The notes under the pieces are model-generated. The model saw only the letters and a list, made by a program, of their open reading frames with translations, was not told the DNA's origin and did no database searches. This document shows, one piece after another, positions 53,414 through 63,769 of a stretch of 64,000 nucleotides of DNA. The stretch comes from Alphaproteobacteria bacterium. Its GTDB lineage: Bacteria; Pseudomonadota; Alphaproteobacteria; Bin95. Made by a program: the position numbers and the translations under genes. Where the stretch lies: positions 1,248,001 through 1,312,000 of the forward strand of contig OZ219787.1 in the NCBI GenBank assembly GCA_964291285.2. Reading direction: 5' to 3'. Numbering within the stretch: position 1 is the stretch's first letter; each line of letters opens with the position of its first letter.

Positions 53414-53415
53414 GG

Positions 53416-54498
53416 CTACTCCGCCGCCTGCGGGCGCGGCGGCGCGCCGAAACCGGCGAGCGGCCCGAGTTCCTTCTCCACCATCGGGCGGATGTCGGTC
53501 ACGAGCTTCTCCATGCTGTCGAGCGCCGCGCGGTGCGGGGAGCCGCCGACTTGGAAATGGAACATGATGTGCGCCGGGCGGGCCGCGCGGATTTCGGCAG
53601 TCAAGCGCTCCGCGATGGTCTCGCAGTCGCCGACCAGCAGATTGTCCGCGATCTCCTCCAGCGGCAGTTCGTCCGGCATCGGGACCTCGGTCATCATCGC
53701 CCCGTCCATGACCTCCGCGCGGCGCCGCAGCGCCGAGGCGAGGCGCATCTGGTGGCGGGCGTTGTCGACATAGGCGAGCGTCTCGGCCCGGCTTTCGGTC
53801 ACGCAGAGGAAGCGCTGGAAGCCGAGCCGCATGGTCTCCGGGTCGCAGCCCTCCGCCCGGTATGCTTCGGCGATGCGCTCGCGCATTCCGGCCAGATAGT
53901 CCGCGCCGAGCCACCGCCCGGTGAACATGGGCGCATAGCCGCGCCGCGCGCAGAGCCGGTGGCCGGCCTCGCCGTCGCCCGCGACCCAGATGTCCGGCCG
54001 GCCGTCCACGGGCCGCGCGCTGATATGCGTCTCGGGCATCCGGTAGTGCTTGCCCTCGTAGCTGAAGGTCTCGTTGTCGAAGGCGAGCTCCAGCATGTCG
54101 AGGAACTCTTCCAGCATCGGCCGCGCCTGGGCGAGGTCCTGCCCGAAACGCTCGAACTCATAGGGCTGGTAGCCGCTGCCGACGCCGAGGACGAGCCGGC
54201 CGCCCGAACAGGCGTCCACCATGCCGATCTCGGCCAGCAGCCGCGCGGGCTGGTAAAGCGGCGTCACCACGACGGCGGGAGCGAGCCTGATGTTCCGGGT
54301 CTCCCCGGCGCAGCGCGCGGCCATCAGCAGCGGCGAGGGGCAGATGCAGTAGTTGGAGAAGTGGTGCTCCGCGAACCAGGCGATCTCGAAGCCCAGCCGG
54401 TCCGCCTGGCGCACCTGCTCGATATGCTCCTCGAACACGCGCTCAGGCGGCGTCCCCCGCTCCCGGTAGCCCATCAGGCCGAAATAGCCGAAATCCAT
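53416..54498 (-). CDS. LLM-class flavin monooxygenase
   Basis: WFAEHHF, SGGRLVLGVGSGY. Confidence 0.87.
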   Translation of the reverse strand: MDFGYFGLMGYRERGTPPERVFEEHIEQVRQADRLGFEIAWFAEHHFSNYCICPSPLLMAARCAGETRNIRLAPAVVVTPLYQPARLLAEIGMVDACSGGRLVLGVGSGYQPYEFERFGQDLAQARPMLEEFLDMLELAFDNETFSYEGKHYRMPETHISARPVDGRPDIWVAGDGEAGHRLCARRGYAPMFTGRWLGADYLAGMRERIAEAYRAEGCDPETMRLGFQRFLCVTESRAETLAYVDNARHQMRLASALRRRAEVMDGAMMTEVPMPDELPLEEIADNLLVGDCETIAERLTAEIRAARPAHIMFHFQVGGSPHRAALDSMEKLVTDIRPMVEKELGPLAGFGAPPRPQAAE

Positions 54499-54541
54499 CG
54501 CCACGCCTCCCGTCCGCTTCCGCCGGCCAGCATAGCAGCCG

Positions 54542-55306
54542 TCAGGCGAGGCGGAAGCGCATGCCCCCGAGCGCAATAACACCGTCTTCGACCGGCAGCC
54601 CTGCGGCGCGCGCATTGGCGAACGCCGCCTCTGCGTCCTCACCCCTGAGGTAGAGCCCGGCCAGCCCCTCGCCGCGCCCGTCCTCCGCTTCCACGAACCG
54701 CAATTCCGCATTGTCGAACGGCATTACCGCAGCGCCTTGCCCGTCCCGTCCGAGCGGGATTTCGGCAATGTCGCTCCAGCGCCGGGCCAGCCGCTCCGGG
54801 TCGGGGCTCTGCAGTTCGGCCGTCAGGATCGCGGAAACGACGCCCGTGCGGACATGCGGCTTCCAGTCCGGCCCGGCGGGGTGCCACGGCCCGTCCTCCG
54901 CTTCGCCGCCCTGTTGGCAGTCGATCTCGAAGAAGGCCCCGCCCGTGTCCTTCGGGTGGAGCTGCATACCCTGGAAATCGCCGTGCTCCAGCGGGTTGGC
55001 GATGCGCACCCCGAGTTCGGCGACCCGTCGCCGTCTCGGCTCCAGATCGGGGCATTGGGTGATGACCATGTAGCCGCCGTCGCCGCCGCGCCGGTCGAGA
55101 TAGCGCTCGGCCGCCGTCCCCGGCCCGGTCGGCGCGACGACCTCAAGGAACTGGTTGCCGACCGGCAGCAGCGCGTTCACCAGCCCGTAGGCCGCAACGG
55201 CATCGTCCACGTAACAGACCTCCAGCCCGAAGACGCTCCTCAGGTCCGCGACGACCGGCTCCAGGTCGTGGGCGACAAGGCAGATCTGCCTGAGACGCAG
55301 GCGCAT
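54542..55306 (-). CDS. glyoxalase-like/VOC protein
   Basis: LRQICLVA, FLEVVAP, GGDGGYM, QLHPKD. Confidence 0.75.
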   Translation of the reverse strand: MRLRLRQICLVAHDLEPVVADLRSVFGLEVCYVDDAVAAYGLVNALLPVGNQFLEVVAPTGPGTAAERYLDRRGGDGGYMVITQCPDLEPRRRRVAELGVRIANPLEHGDFQGMQLHPKDTGGAFFEIDCQQGGEAEDGPWHPAGPDWKPHVRTGVVSAILTAELQSPDPERLARRWSDIAEIPLGRDGQGAAVMPFDNAELRFVEAEDGRGEGLAGLYLRGEDAEAAFANARAAGLPVEDGVIALGGMRFRLA

Positions 55307-55457
55307 GAGATTTCCCTCCCTCTCCGGGCGCAGCACTCTGCCGCGCCGATGCGCCGCCGGGCAAGCGGATTGACTTCGCCGCCACTGCCGCCCGATAGTC
55401 CGCCAATCCGCTTTTCGCTGCACGCACGCCCCGTCCGGGCGAGGAGACGACCGACCC

Positions 55458-56666
55458 ATGCCGACCCCCATGCCCCTGGAGGGCGTCAAGGTCTTCGACG
55501 CCACCCAGGGCGTCGCCGGCCCGCACAGCACCATGCTGCTCGCGCAACACGGCGCGGAAGTGACCAAGCTGGAGCCGCTCGACGGCGACTGGGGGCGCAC
55601 GCTCGGCAAGGTCTACGGCGACCAGTGCGCCCATTCCGTCGTGTTCAACCGCGGCAAGAAATCGCTGGCGATGGACATGAAGAACGAGGCCGCGCAGAAG
55701 GTTGCCTTCAAGCTCGCCTCGGAGGCGGACGTCGTGGTCGAGAGCTTCCGCCCCGGCGTGATGAAGCGCTTCGGCCTGGGTTACGAGCAGGTGAAGGCCG
55801 TCAATCCCGAAGTGATCTACCTCTCGGTCACCGGCTTCGGCCAGGACGGCCCCTACAACCGCCTGCCGGTGACGGACTCCGTGATCCAGGCTTTCTCGGG
55901 CTGGATGTCGATCAACCGCGACGCCTCCGGCACGCCGCAGCGCATCGGCATGATCGCCGTCGACGTGATGACCGGCCTCTACGCCTACCAGGCGATTTCC
56001 TCGGCCCTGCTGCGCAAGTTCCGCTTCGGCAAGGGCGCCTATATCGATTGCTCGCTGATGCAGTCGGCGGCGGCGTTCCAGTCCGCCAAGGTGATGGAGC
56101 ATTACCTGGAAGGCGGCGCGCCGCAGGTGCTCTACGTGCCGGTCGGGACGATGCAGACCGCCGACGGCTACATCAACGTCACCGCCATGCGCGAACACCA
56201 CTATGTCTCGCTCTGCAAGGTGCTCGGGCGCGAGGACCTCGCCGACGACCCGCGCTACAACGCCCGCGAGAAGCGCATCGAGCGCGAGGCGGAGCTGATG
56301 CCGATCGTCCGGGCGGAGTTCGCGAAGCGCACGACCGCCGAATGGGCCGAGGCGCTGACGGAAGCCGGCGTGATGAACGCGCCGGTTTCGACCTACGACC
56401 ATTACCTCGCCGACGAACATGTGAAGGCGGTGGAGAGCGTCGCCTGGATGGAGCATCCCGGCATGCCGGGCGCACTGCCCGTCACCAACATTCCGGGGCT
56501 TGCGAAGGTCGGGACCGGCGGCGCGCTCGACCTGGCCCCGCATATCGGCGAGCACTCGCGCGAAATCCTGCTGCGCGAGGGCTGGACGCCGGCGCAGGTG
56601 GAAGAACTCGTGGCCGCCGGGGCGGTCGGCGAGATGACGGAAACGACGGCCGAAGCGGCGGAGTAG
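55458..56666 (+). CDS. CaiB/BaiF CoA transferase
   Basis: PLEGVKV, NRGKKS, ESFRPG, GFGQDGP. Confidence 0.92.
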   Translation: MPTPMPLEGVKVFDATQGVAGPHSTMLLAQHGAEVTKLEPLDGDWGRTLGKVYGDQCAHSVVFNRGKKSLAMDMKNEAAQKVAFKLASEADVVVESFRPGVMKRFGLGYEQVKAVNPEVIYLSVTGFGQDGPYNRLPVTDSVIQAFSGWMSINRDASGTPQRIGMIAVDVMTGLYAYQAISSALLRKFRFGKGAYIDCSLMQSAAAFQSAKVMEHYLEGGAPQVLYVPVGTMQTADGYINVTAMREHHYVSLCKVLGREDLADDPRYNAREKRIEREAELMPIVRAEFAKRTTAEWAEALTEAGVMNAPVSTYDHYLADEHVKAVESVAWMEHPGMPGALPVTNIPGLAKVGTGGALDLAPHIGEHSREILLREGWTPAQVEELVAAGAVGEMTETTAEAAE

Positions 56667-56669
56667 AAG

Positions 56670-57530
56670 ATGAAACTGTTGCGTTACGGCCCGAGGGGCC
56701 AGGAGAAGCCGGGCCTGCTGGATGCGGGCGGCGTCCTTCGCGATCTGTCGGGGGCGGTGGGCGACCTCGGCCCCGCGGAAATATCGCCGGCGGGCCTGGA
56801 GCGCCTTGCGGGCTTCGATCCTTCGGGCCTGCCGGAAGTCTCCGGGTCGCCGCGCCTCGGCCTGCCGGTCGCCGGCACGGCCAAGGTGCTCTGCGTCGGC
56901 CTCAACTATATCGACCACGCCAACGAGGTGGGCGCGCCGATCCCGAAGGACGCGATCTACTTCCAGAAGCCGGTCACGGCGCTCACCGGGCCGAACGACC
57001 CCATCGTCAAGCCGGTCGATTCGACCATGCTCGACTGGGAGGTGGAGCTCGTCGTCGTCATGGGCTCGAAGGCGCAATATGTCACCGAGGGCGAGGTCAT
57101 GGACCACATCGCCGGCTTCGCGCTCGGCAACGACGTCTCCGAGCGCGAGTTCCAGTCCAAGCGGTCCGGCCAGTGGACCAAGGGCAAGAGCCATGACAGC
57201 TTCGCGCCCATCGGCCCCTGGCTGGTGACGAAGGACGAGGTCGCCGACGTGCAGAACCTCGACATGTTCCTGAACGTCAACGGCGAGCGGATGCAGACCG
57301 GCAACACCGGCAAGATGATCTTCTCGGTCGTCGAGGCCGTCGCCTATGCCAGCCGCTTCATGACACTGATGCCCGGCGACGTCGTCATGACCGGCACGCC
57401 GCCCGGCGTCGGCAGCGGCATGAAGCCGCCGCGCTTCCTCGATGTCGGCGACGAGGTCCATCTCGGTATCGAGGGCCTCGGCGAAGCCCGCCAGACGGTC
57501 GTCTCCTGGGAAGACCGGCCGCGGGATTAG
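56670..57530 (+). CDS. fumarylacetoacetate hydrolase family
   Basis: GLNY..H, DWEVEL, NDVS, GK, TGTP.GVG. Confidence 0.92.
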   Translation: MKLLRYGPRGQEKPGLLDAGGVLRDLSGAVGDLGPAEISPAGLERLAGFDPSGLPEVSGSPRLGLPVAGTAKVLCVGLNYIDHANEVGAPIPKDAIYFQKPVTALTGPNDPIVKPVDSTMLDWEVELVVVMGSKAQYVTEGEVMDHIAGFALGNDVSEREFQSKRSGQWTKGKSHDSFAPIGPWLVTKDEVADVQNLDMFLNVNGERMQTGNTGKMIFSVVEAVAYASRFMTLMPGDVVMTGTPPGVGSGMKPPRFLDVGDEVHLGIEGLGEARQTVVSWEDRPRD

Positions 57531-57622
57531 GCAATCGTCACGGGCCGGAACCGCGCCATCGCATCCCCGGTAAGGATGAGGGTCGATGACGCGCCGACAG
57601 CGGCCACCTTCAAAGAAAGCAT
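57527..57622 (-). pseudogene. possible AbrB/MazE antitoxin remnant (31 aa)
   Basis: MLSLKVAAVGASSTLIL resembles the swapped-hairpin N-terminus; AGGAGG RBS. Confidence 0.4.
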
Positions 57623-57721
57623 GCAAACCTCCTGTCCGGATCGCCGTATCGTACAGGCAGTCCTGAATTCGTACATTCGCGAAAACCCTTCCATGCGAAT
57701 CTTTTGTGCCCTAATATATAG

Positions 57722-58222
57722 GTGATGAATTATGAGGAAGCGAAGACAGACGGCGCGCCGGGGCTGGAGAGCGACCACCGCTTCGGCCTGAAGCTGGCGG
57801 AGCTGTCGCGGCTCTGGCGCCAGGCGCTCGACGCGCGGCTCAGGCCGCTCGGCCTCTCGCAGGCGCGCTGGGCGGCGTTGATCCATCTCAGCGCCTATCC
57901 CGACGGGCTGACGCAGGGCCGACTTGCGCTGCGGGTGGGCATAAGGGACTCGACCCTCGTGCCGCAACTCGACGCGCTCGCCCGCGACGGGCTGATCGAG
58001 CGGCGCGACTCGCCCGACGACCGGCGCGCCAAGACGGTCCGGCTGACGCCCGCAGCCTTGCCGTTGCTGGAAGAGATCGACCGGGTCGGCAGGGAGTTGC
58101 GCCAGGAGCTGACGCAGGACATCGACCCGCAGCATTTCGACGTCTGCCTCCATGTATTCAACGCGATACGGAACCGCCTGGAAGGGCTGAACGGGGACAG
58201 GGACAATGGCCGAAACGCCTGA
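57722..58222 (+). CDS. MarR family regulator (SlyA-like)
   Basis: GLSQARW, DRRAK.V.LT. Confidence 0.9.
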   Translation: MMNYEEAKTDGAPGLESDHRFGLKLAELSRLWRQALDARLRPLGLSQARWAALIHLSAYPDGLTQGRLALRVGIRDSTLVPQLDALARDGLIERRDSPDDRRAKTVRLTPAALPLLEEIDRVGRELRQELTQDIDPQHFDVCLHVFNAIRNRLEGLNGDRDNGRNA

Positions 58223-59342
58223 GAGCGCCGCCGCGCCCCCCCCGCCGGCGCGGCGCGGCAGCGCCATGCGGCGGCTGCGCTATCTCGCAATCGCCCTCAT
58301 CGCCCTGGCGGCGCTGGCTTATGGCGCGCGCGAAGTGTGGGACCGCTTCACCCATGTCCACGAATACGACGCGCGCATCAAGGCGAACATGGTGACGCTG
58401 GCCAGCAAGGTGGACGGCGTGATCCTCGAACTCACGGTCGAGGAGGGCGACCCCGTGGAGGCCGGACAGGTGCTGGCGCGGCTGGACGACCGCATTCCGA
58501 AGCTCAGGGTGCAGGGCCTCGAAGCCGAACTCGCCGGGCTGGAAGCCGAGCGGCGCCGCCTGCTCGTCGAGCGCGGCGTGATGGACGCGCAGACCTCGAC
58601 CCGGATGCGCACGCGCGAGAGCGGCGTGCAGGCGAGCCGGGCGGGCCGTTCGGTACTGCTTGCGGACCTCGACCTCGCGCGCTCCGAACTCCGCCGCGCC
58701 AGAGCGCTCTACGAACGCCGGGTGGTCTCCAGGCAGGCTCTCGACCAGGCCAGCGCCAGAGTGGACCGTATCCAGGCAGACCTGAAGAAGGTCGATGCGG
58801 AAACCCAGGCCGCCCGCGCCCAGATGGCCGAAGCGGAGGCCGAACGACAACGCCTTGACGTGATCGACTCCGAACTCGCCATGCTGGACCACCGCACCGC
58901 GAGGCTGCAGGCCGAGCTGGACCAGCAGCGGGTCGATGTCGATGACCGGCTGCTGCGCGCTCCCAATGACGGCCTTATCGACCGCATCTTCGTCGAGACC
59001 GGCGAATTCGTGAACGATGGCCAGCGCATGCTGCTGCTGCACGACCCGAGTGACCTCTGGATCGAGGCCAACATCAAGGAGACGGAACTCAGCCGGCTCC
59101 GGGTCGGCCAGGCGGTGGCCGTTTCGGTGGACGCCTATCCCGACACCGACTTCACGGGCACCGTCGAGCGCATCGGCAGCACGACCACGGCCAATTTCGC
59201 CCTCCTCCCCACCCCGAACCCGAGCGGCAATTTCACCAAGATCACCCAGCGCGTGCCCGTGCGCATCGGTCTGGAGCGCAACGGCATGACGCTCCTGCCG
59301 GGCATGATGGTGGAAGTGAACATTGACGTCCGAGACCGTTGA
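58206..59342 (+). CDS. EmrA/HlyD membrane fusion protein
   Basis: GNFTKITQRVPVRI, LPGM. Confidence 0.92.
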   Translation: MAETPESAAAPPPPARRGSAMRRLRYLAIALIALAALAYGAREVWDRFTHVHEYDARIKANMVTLASKVDGVILELTVEEGDPVEAGQVLARLDDRIPKLRVQGLEAELAGLEAERRRLLVERGVMDAQTSTRMRTRESGVQASRAGRSVLLADLDLARSELRRARALYERRVVSRQALDQASARVDRIQADLKKVDAETQAARAQMAEAEAERQRLDVIDSELAMLDHRTARLQAELDQQRVDVDDRLLRAPNDGLIDRIFVETGEFVNDGQRMLLLHDPSDLWIEANIKETELSRLRVGQAVAVSVDAYPDTDFTGTVERIGSTTTANFALLPTPNPSGNFTKITQRVPVRIGLERNGMTLLPGMMVEVNIDVRDR

Positions 59343-60906
59343 GGTCCTGACGGAGCGCTTCGGCGCGCAATATCGCTGGTGGGCGAGCGGCACGGCGCTG
59401 GTCGCCATGATCGCCATGGTGCTCTCGGCGACGAGCGTCACCGTGGCCGTGCCGCACATCATGGGCGCGTTCGGCGTCGGGCAGGACCGCGCACAATGGG
59501 TCGCGACCGGCTATTTCGCCGCGATGACGGCCGGCATGCTGCTCAATGCCTGGCTGGTCCGCCATTTCGGCGCGCGGGCGGTCCTTACGGGCACTCTGCT
59601 CGCCTTCACGGCGGCGGCCTTAGCGGGAGCGGCCGCGCCGAGCCTCGACATCGTCATCCTTTCCCGTGTCGTCCAGGGCGCCTGCGGCGGGCTGCTGCAG
59701 CCGCTGTCCATGCAGATCCTGTTCCAGGTGTTCCCGCCGGAGCGGCGCGGCACGGCGATGGGGCTGTTCGGCCTGGGAGTCGTGCTGGCGCCGGCGTTCG
59801 GCCCGGCGCTGGGCGGGCTTGCCATCGACGGTTTCGACTGGCGCTGGGTCTTCCTCATTCCCCTCCCGGGCGTGGCGGCGGCCCTGCCGCTCGGGCTCGT
59901 CTTCATGCCGGAGCGCGAAGAAGCCGGGCCGCGCGCCGCCTTCGACTGGCCGGGTTTCCTGCTGCTGGTCACGGCCATCGTGGCGCTGCTCGACGGCCTC
60001 GCCAGCGGCCAGCGCATCGGCTGGCACTCGGACCGGATCGTCTTCGAACTCGCGCTCGGCGCAGCCGCAACGGCGGGCTTCATATTCCGCCAGCTGACGG
60101 CGCGGGCGCCCCTGCTCGACCTGACCCTGTTCCGCAACGGGCGCTTCGCCTCGGCCTTCGTCGTCGGCTTCATCTTCGGCTTCAGCATGTTCGGCTCGAT
60201 CTACCTCATCGCGGTGTTCGTGCAGGAAGTGCAGGGCTACACGGCGACGCGGGCGGGCCTGCTGATGGTGCCGGCAGGCCTGCTGATGGCGGTCATGTTC
60301 CCGGTCGCCGGGCGGATCAGCGACATGGTGCCGGCCCACTGGCCGATCATGGCCGGGCTGGCCGTATTCGGGGCGGGCTTCCTGCTCATGTCCGCGGCGG
60401 ATGCGGACACGCCCTTCTGGACCTTCGCGCTATTCATCATGATCAACCGCTTCGGGCTCTCCTTCGTCATCCCCTCGCTCAATACCGGCTCGCTGAGGGC
60501 GCTGCGCACGGACCAGCTGCAGCAGGGCTCGGGGCTGGTGAACTTCACCCGGATGCTCGGCGGCGCCTGCGGCATCAACCTGCTGGTGGTCCTGCTGGAA
60601 ATGCGCACCGGCGTCTTCGCCCAGGCCTTCACGGCGACCCAGACGGCGGCCAATGCCGCCAGCATGGCGATGCTGGAGGGCGTGGGCCGGCTGGCCGCCA
60701 TCGGCGGGCTCGGGCCTGAAGAGGCGAGCGCGACCGCCGCCCATTATCTGGGCGAGGTCATGCTGGCGCAGGCCGAGGCGCAGGCGTTCCAGGATGTGTT
60801 CGTGGCGGTCGGCCTGCTGGCTTTCGCCGGATTGGTGCCCGCCTTCGTCATGGCGCGCGCCGGCTTGCAGGAACCGGCGGCATCGGCGAGGCTGCAATCG
60901 GCATGA
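59323..60906 (+). CDS. EmrB-like DHA2 MFS efflux permease
   Basis: ~14 TM, RVVQG, APAFGPALGG, PLLDL. Confidence 0.9.
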   Translation: MTSETVEVLTERFGAQYRWWASGTALVAMIAMVLSATSVTVAVPHIMGAFGVGQDRAQWVATGYFAAMTAGMLLNAWLVRHFGARAVLTGTLLAFTAAALAGAAAPSLDIVILSRVVQGACGGLLQPLSMQILFQVFPPERRGTAMGLFGLGVVLAPAFGPALGGLAIDGFDWRWVFLIPLPGVAAALPLGLVFMPEREEAGPRAAFDWPGFLLLVTAIVALLDGLASGQRIGWHSDRIVFELALGAAATAGFIFRQLTARAPLLDLTLFRNGRFASAFVVGFIFGFSMFGSIYLIAVFVQEVQGYTATRAGLLMVPAGLLMAVMFPVAGRISDMVPAHWPIMAGLAVFGAGFLLMSAADADTPFWTFALFIMINRFGLSFVIPSLNTGSLRALRTDQLQQGSGLVNFTRMLGGACGINLLVVLLEMRTGVFAQAFTATQTAANAASMAMLEGVGRLAAIGGLGPEEASATAAHYLGEVMLAQAEAQAFQDVFVAVGLLAFAGLVPAFVMARAGLQEPAASARLQSA

Positions 60907-61475
60907 CAGACCGCCTCGTCATCGGCATCAGCGGCGCCTCGGGCGTCGTTTACGGCGTTCGCCTGCTGGAACTCTTGGCGGCGGCCCCCGTGGAAACCCA
61001 CCTGGTGATGACCGCGTCCGCCGAAGTCACGCTCGCGCACGAGACCGACCGCAGGGCGGCCGACGTGAAGGCGCTCGCGGACCGGGTGTACAACCCGCGC
61101 GACATTGCCGGCGCCATCGCGTCGGGTTCGTTCCGCACGCGCGGCATGGTGGTGGCGCCCTGCTCGGTCCGATCGCTCTCCGAGATCGCCTGGGGCGCGA
61201 CGACGAACCTGCTCACCCGCGCCGCCGACGTGACGCTGAAGGAACGCCGCCGGCTGGTGCTGCTGGTGCGCGAGACGCCGCTGCATGCGGGCCATCTGCG
61301 CGCCATGGCGGCGGCGAGCGAGAACGGCGCCGTGGTGATGCCGCCGGTCCCGGCCTTCTACGCCCGCCCGCAGAGCCTCGACGAGATGATCGACCACACG
61401 CTCGGACGGGCGCTGGACCTGCTCGACATCGACCTCGGCACCGTGCGCCGCTGGCGCGAGCCGGCTCCGGAGTAA
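60903..61475 (+). CDS. ubiX: flavin prenyltransferase
   Basis: GISGASG, IASGS, APCS, RAADV.LKERR, RETP. Confidence 0.93.
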   Translation: MTDRLVIGISGASGVVYGVRLLELLAAAPVETHLVMTASAEVTLAHETDRRAADVKALADRVYNPRDIAGAIASGSFRTRGMVVAPCSVRSLSEIAWGATTNLLTRAADVTLKERRRLVLLVRETPLHAGHLRAMAAASENGAVVMPPVPAFYARPQSLDEMIDHTLGRALDLLDIDLGTVRRWREPAPE

Positions 61476-61498
61476 CACTGCCGGCGTTCGCGGCTGCC

Positions 61499-62350
61499 TC
61501 AGAGGCTCAGCACCATGCCTTCCCGCGCGGCCTGCGTGCCCGGCCGGCATTCGGCCGCTTCCGCGGCCAGCCGGTTCATCGCCTCGTCGTCGCGGCGCGG
61601 GTCGTGGTGGAACAGCACCAGCCTGTCCGCCCCCGCCGCCTCGCAGAGCCTCGCGCCCTCGTTCCAGGTCGAATGTCCCCAGTGCGGATGGCGCGCGAAC
61701 TCCTCCTCGGTGAACATCGCATCGTAGATGACAATATCCGCGCCTTCGATAAGCCCGAGAATGTCCCGATTGGGCGCGCCGGGCCTGTGGCCCGTATCGC
61801 AGACATAGCAGACGGACCGGCCCTCGAATTCGACCCGGTAGCCCGTGGCGCCGCCCGGATGGTCGAGGGGCGCGGTGCGCACATGCACGCCGTCCGCGAG
61901 CGCGAAGCCCTCCCCGGCGCGGAAGTCGATACAGCGCAGCTCGGCCGCAAAGGCCTCCAGCGGCACCGGGAACAGTTCGGGCGACAGCATCCGCTCCAGA
62001 ACGGGGCGCAGGCCGCCGCGCCCGGCCAGATGGCCGGCGCGGAGCGCAAAGCGGTTGCGGGCGTCGAAGAACGGCGCGAAGAAGGGCAGGCCGACCACAT
62101 GGTCGAGATGCGTGTGGCTCAGCAATATGTCGGCGTCGAGCGGCGCTTCGCGCCCGAGCGCCGCACCCAGTTCCCGAAGCCCGGTTCCCGCGTCGATGAC
62201 GACAAGCCGGTCTCCGCAACGCAGCTCGATGCACGCGGTATTGCCGCCGTAGCCCGCCGTCGCCGACCCCGGACAGGCGATGCTGCCGCGCACGCCGCGG
62301 AAGCGCACTTCGAAAGAGCCGGACAAGTCAGGACGCCAGCCGGTATCCAC
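61499..62350 (-). CDS. MBL-fold metallohydrolase
   Basis: GVRGS, GGNT, HTHLDH, HPG, GHS, FHHDP. Confidence 0.9.
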   Translation of the reverse strand: MDTGWRPDLSGSFEVRFRGVRGSIACPGSATAGYGGNTACIELRCGDRLVVIDAGTGLRELGAALGREAPLDADILLSHTHLDHVVGLPFFAPFFDARNRFALRAGHLAGRGGLRPVLERMLSPELFPVPLEAFAAELRCIDFRAGEGFALADGVHVRTAPLDHPGGATGYRVEFEGRSVCYVCDTGHRPGAPNRDILGLIEGADIVIYDAMFTEEEFARHPHWGHSTWNEGARLCEAAGADRLVLFHHDPRRDDEAMNRLAAEAAECRPGTQAAREGMVLSL

Positions 62351-63011
62351 CGGGCTCCGTCACCAGGAGCCGCGTGTGGGACGGATCGCGCTCAATCTTC
62401 TGCCTCAGGCGGTAGATATGCGTTTCGAGCGTGTGCGTGGTTATGCCCGGCCGGTAGCCCCAGACCTCCCGCAGCAGCGTCTCCCGGCTGACGGTCGCTC
62501 CGCCGGCGCGGTAGAGATATTGCAAGATGGCCGTTTCCTTCTCGGTCAGGCGCACCGTCCTGCCATCCTCTCCATTGAGCAGCTGCTTGTAGGCGGGCCG
62601 GAACTTGTAGCCGCCGATATCGAGGGCCGCGTCGTGGCTCCGCTCATGCTGGCGCAGATGCGCCCTGAGCCGGGCCAGCAGCACGTCGAACCGGAACGGC
62701 TTGGCGACATAGTCGTTCGCGCCCGCATCGAAGCCGCGAACCGTGTCCTCATCCGTATCCACCCCGGTCAGCATGACGATGGGAATCTTCACCCCCCGGC
62801 TCCGCATCGTCCGGCACAACTCGCGACCGTCCATGTCCGGCAGGCCGACATCGAGGATCACGGCGTCGAATTGCCTGGATTCCAGCGCCTCCAGCGCCTC
62901 TTCGGCCGTGCCGGCTTCCCCGGTATCGAATTCTTCGTGCAGCCGCAATTGCTCGGCAAGCACGCTGCGCAGCGTTTCGTCGTCGTCCACGAGCAGAATC
63001 GTCCGCGCCAT
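62328..63011 (-). CDS. OmpR-family response regulator
   Basis: LVDDD, LDVGLPD, KPF, winged helix THIYRLRQK. Confidence 0.93.
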   Translation of the reverse strand: MARTILLVDDDETLRSVLAEQLRLHEEFDTGEAGTAEEALEALESRQFDAVILDVGLPDMDGRELCRTMRSRGVKIPIVMLTGVDTDEDTVRGFDAGANDYVAKPFRFDVLLARLRAHLRQHERSHDAALDIGGYKFRPAYKQLLNGEDGRTVRLTEKETAILQYLYRAGGATVSRETLLREVWGYRPGITTHTLETHIYRLRQKIERDPSHTRLLVTEPGGYRLAS

Positions 63012-63088
63012 CCGGTCGGTCTCCGGGAGCGAAAGTCCGGGTGGACGCTATCATAACTCCGGCACCGGCGCGATTCCGGCGGCGCCTC

Positions 63089-63769
63089 TCAGCCCCGGGC
63101 CCCGAAGACGGCGCTGCCCACCCGGACATGCGTCGCGCCGAAGCGGATCGCGGTCTCGAAATCGGCGCTCATGCCCATCGACAGCCCGGCCAGCCCGTTG
63201 CGCCGGGCGGCCTCACGCAGGAAGGCGAAATGCGGCCCCGGCAGGTCTTCGGCCGGCGGAATGCACATCAGCCCGACCACCTCGAGGCCGTATTCCGCCC
63301 GGCAACGGTCGAGGAAGCCGTCCAGCGCGGCCGGCGCCACGCCGCCCTTCTGCGGCTCCTCCCCGGTATTGACCTGCACGAAGCATGGAAGCGCCCTGCC
63401 TGCCCGCTCGAACTCCCGCGCCAGCGCCGCCGCCAGGCGGGGCCGGTCCACCGTTTCGATGACGTCGAAGAGGCTCACGGCGGCCCGGACCTTGTTGGTC
63501 TGCAGGCCGCCGATCAGGTGCAGCGCGATGTTGGGGAACCGCTCCCTGAAGGCCGGCCAGCGCGCCTCGGCTTCCTGCACGCGGTTCTCGCCGAAGAGCC
63601 GGTGCCCCGCCGCCAGCGCGCTTTCGATCCGCCCCTCCGGCTGCAGCTTCGACACGGCCACCAGCCGGACGGAGGAAGCGTCGCGCCCGGCAGCCTCCGC
63701 AGCCGCCTCGATGCGGCCCGTCACTGCCGCCAGGCGGCCGGCGGCCTCCCGATCTTCCGTACGTTCCAT
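63089..63769 (-). CDS. yggS: PLP homeostasis protein
   Basis: AVSK, FGENRVQE, LQTNK, LSMGMS.DF. Confidence 0.94.
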   Translation of the reverse strand: MERTEDREAAGRLAAVTGRIEAAAEAAGRDASSVRLVAVSKLQPEGRIESALAAGHRLFGENRVQEAEARWPAFRERFPNIALHLIGGLQTNKVRAAVSLFDVIETVDRPRLAAALAREFERAGRALPCFVQVNTGEEPQKGGVAPAALDGFLDRCRAEYGLEVVGLMCIPPAEDLPGPHFAFLREAARRNGLAGLSMGMSADFETAIRFGATHVRVGSAVFGARG

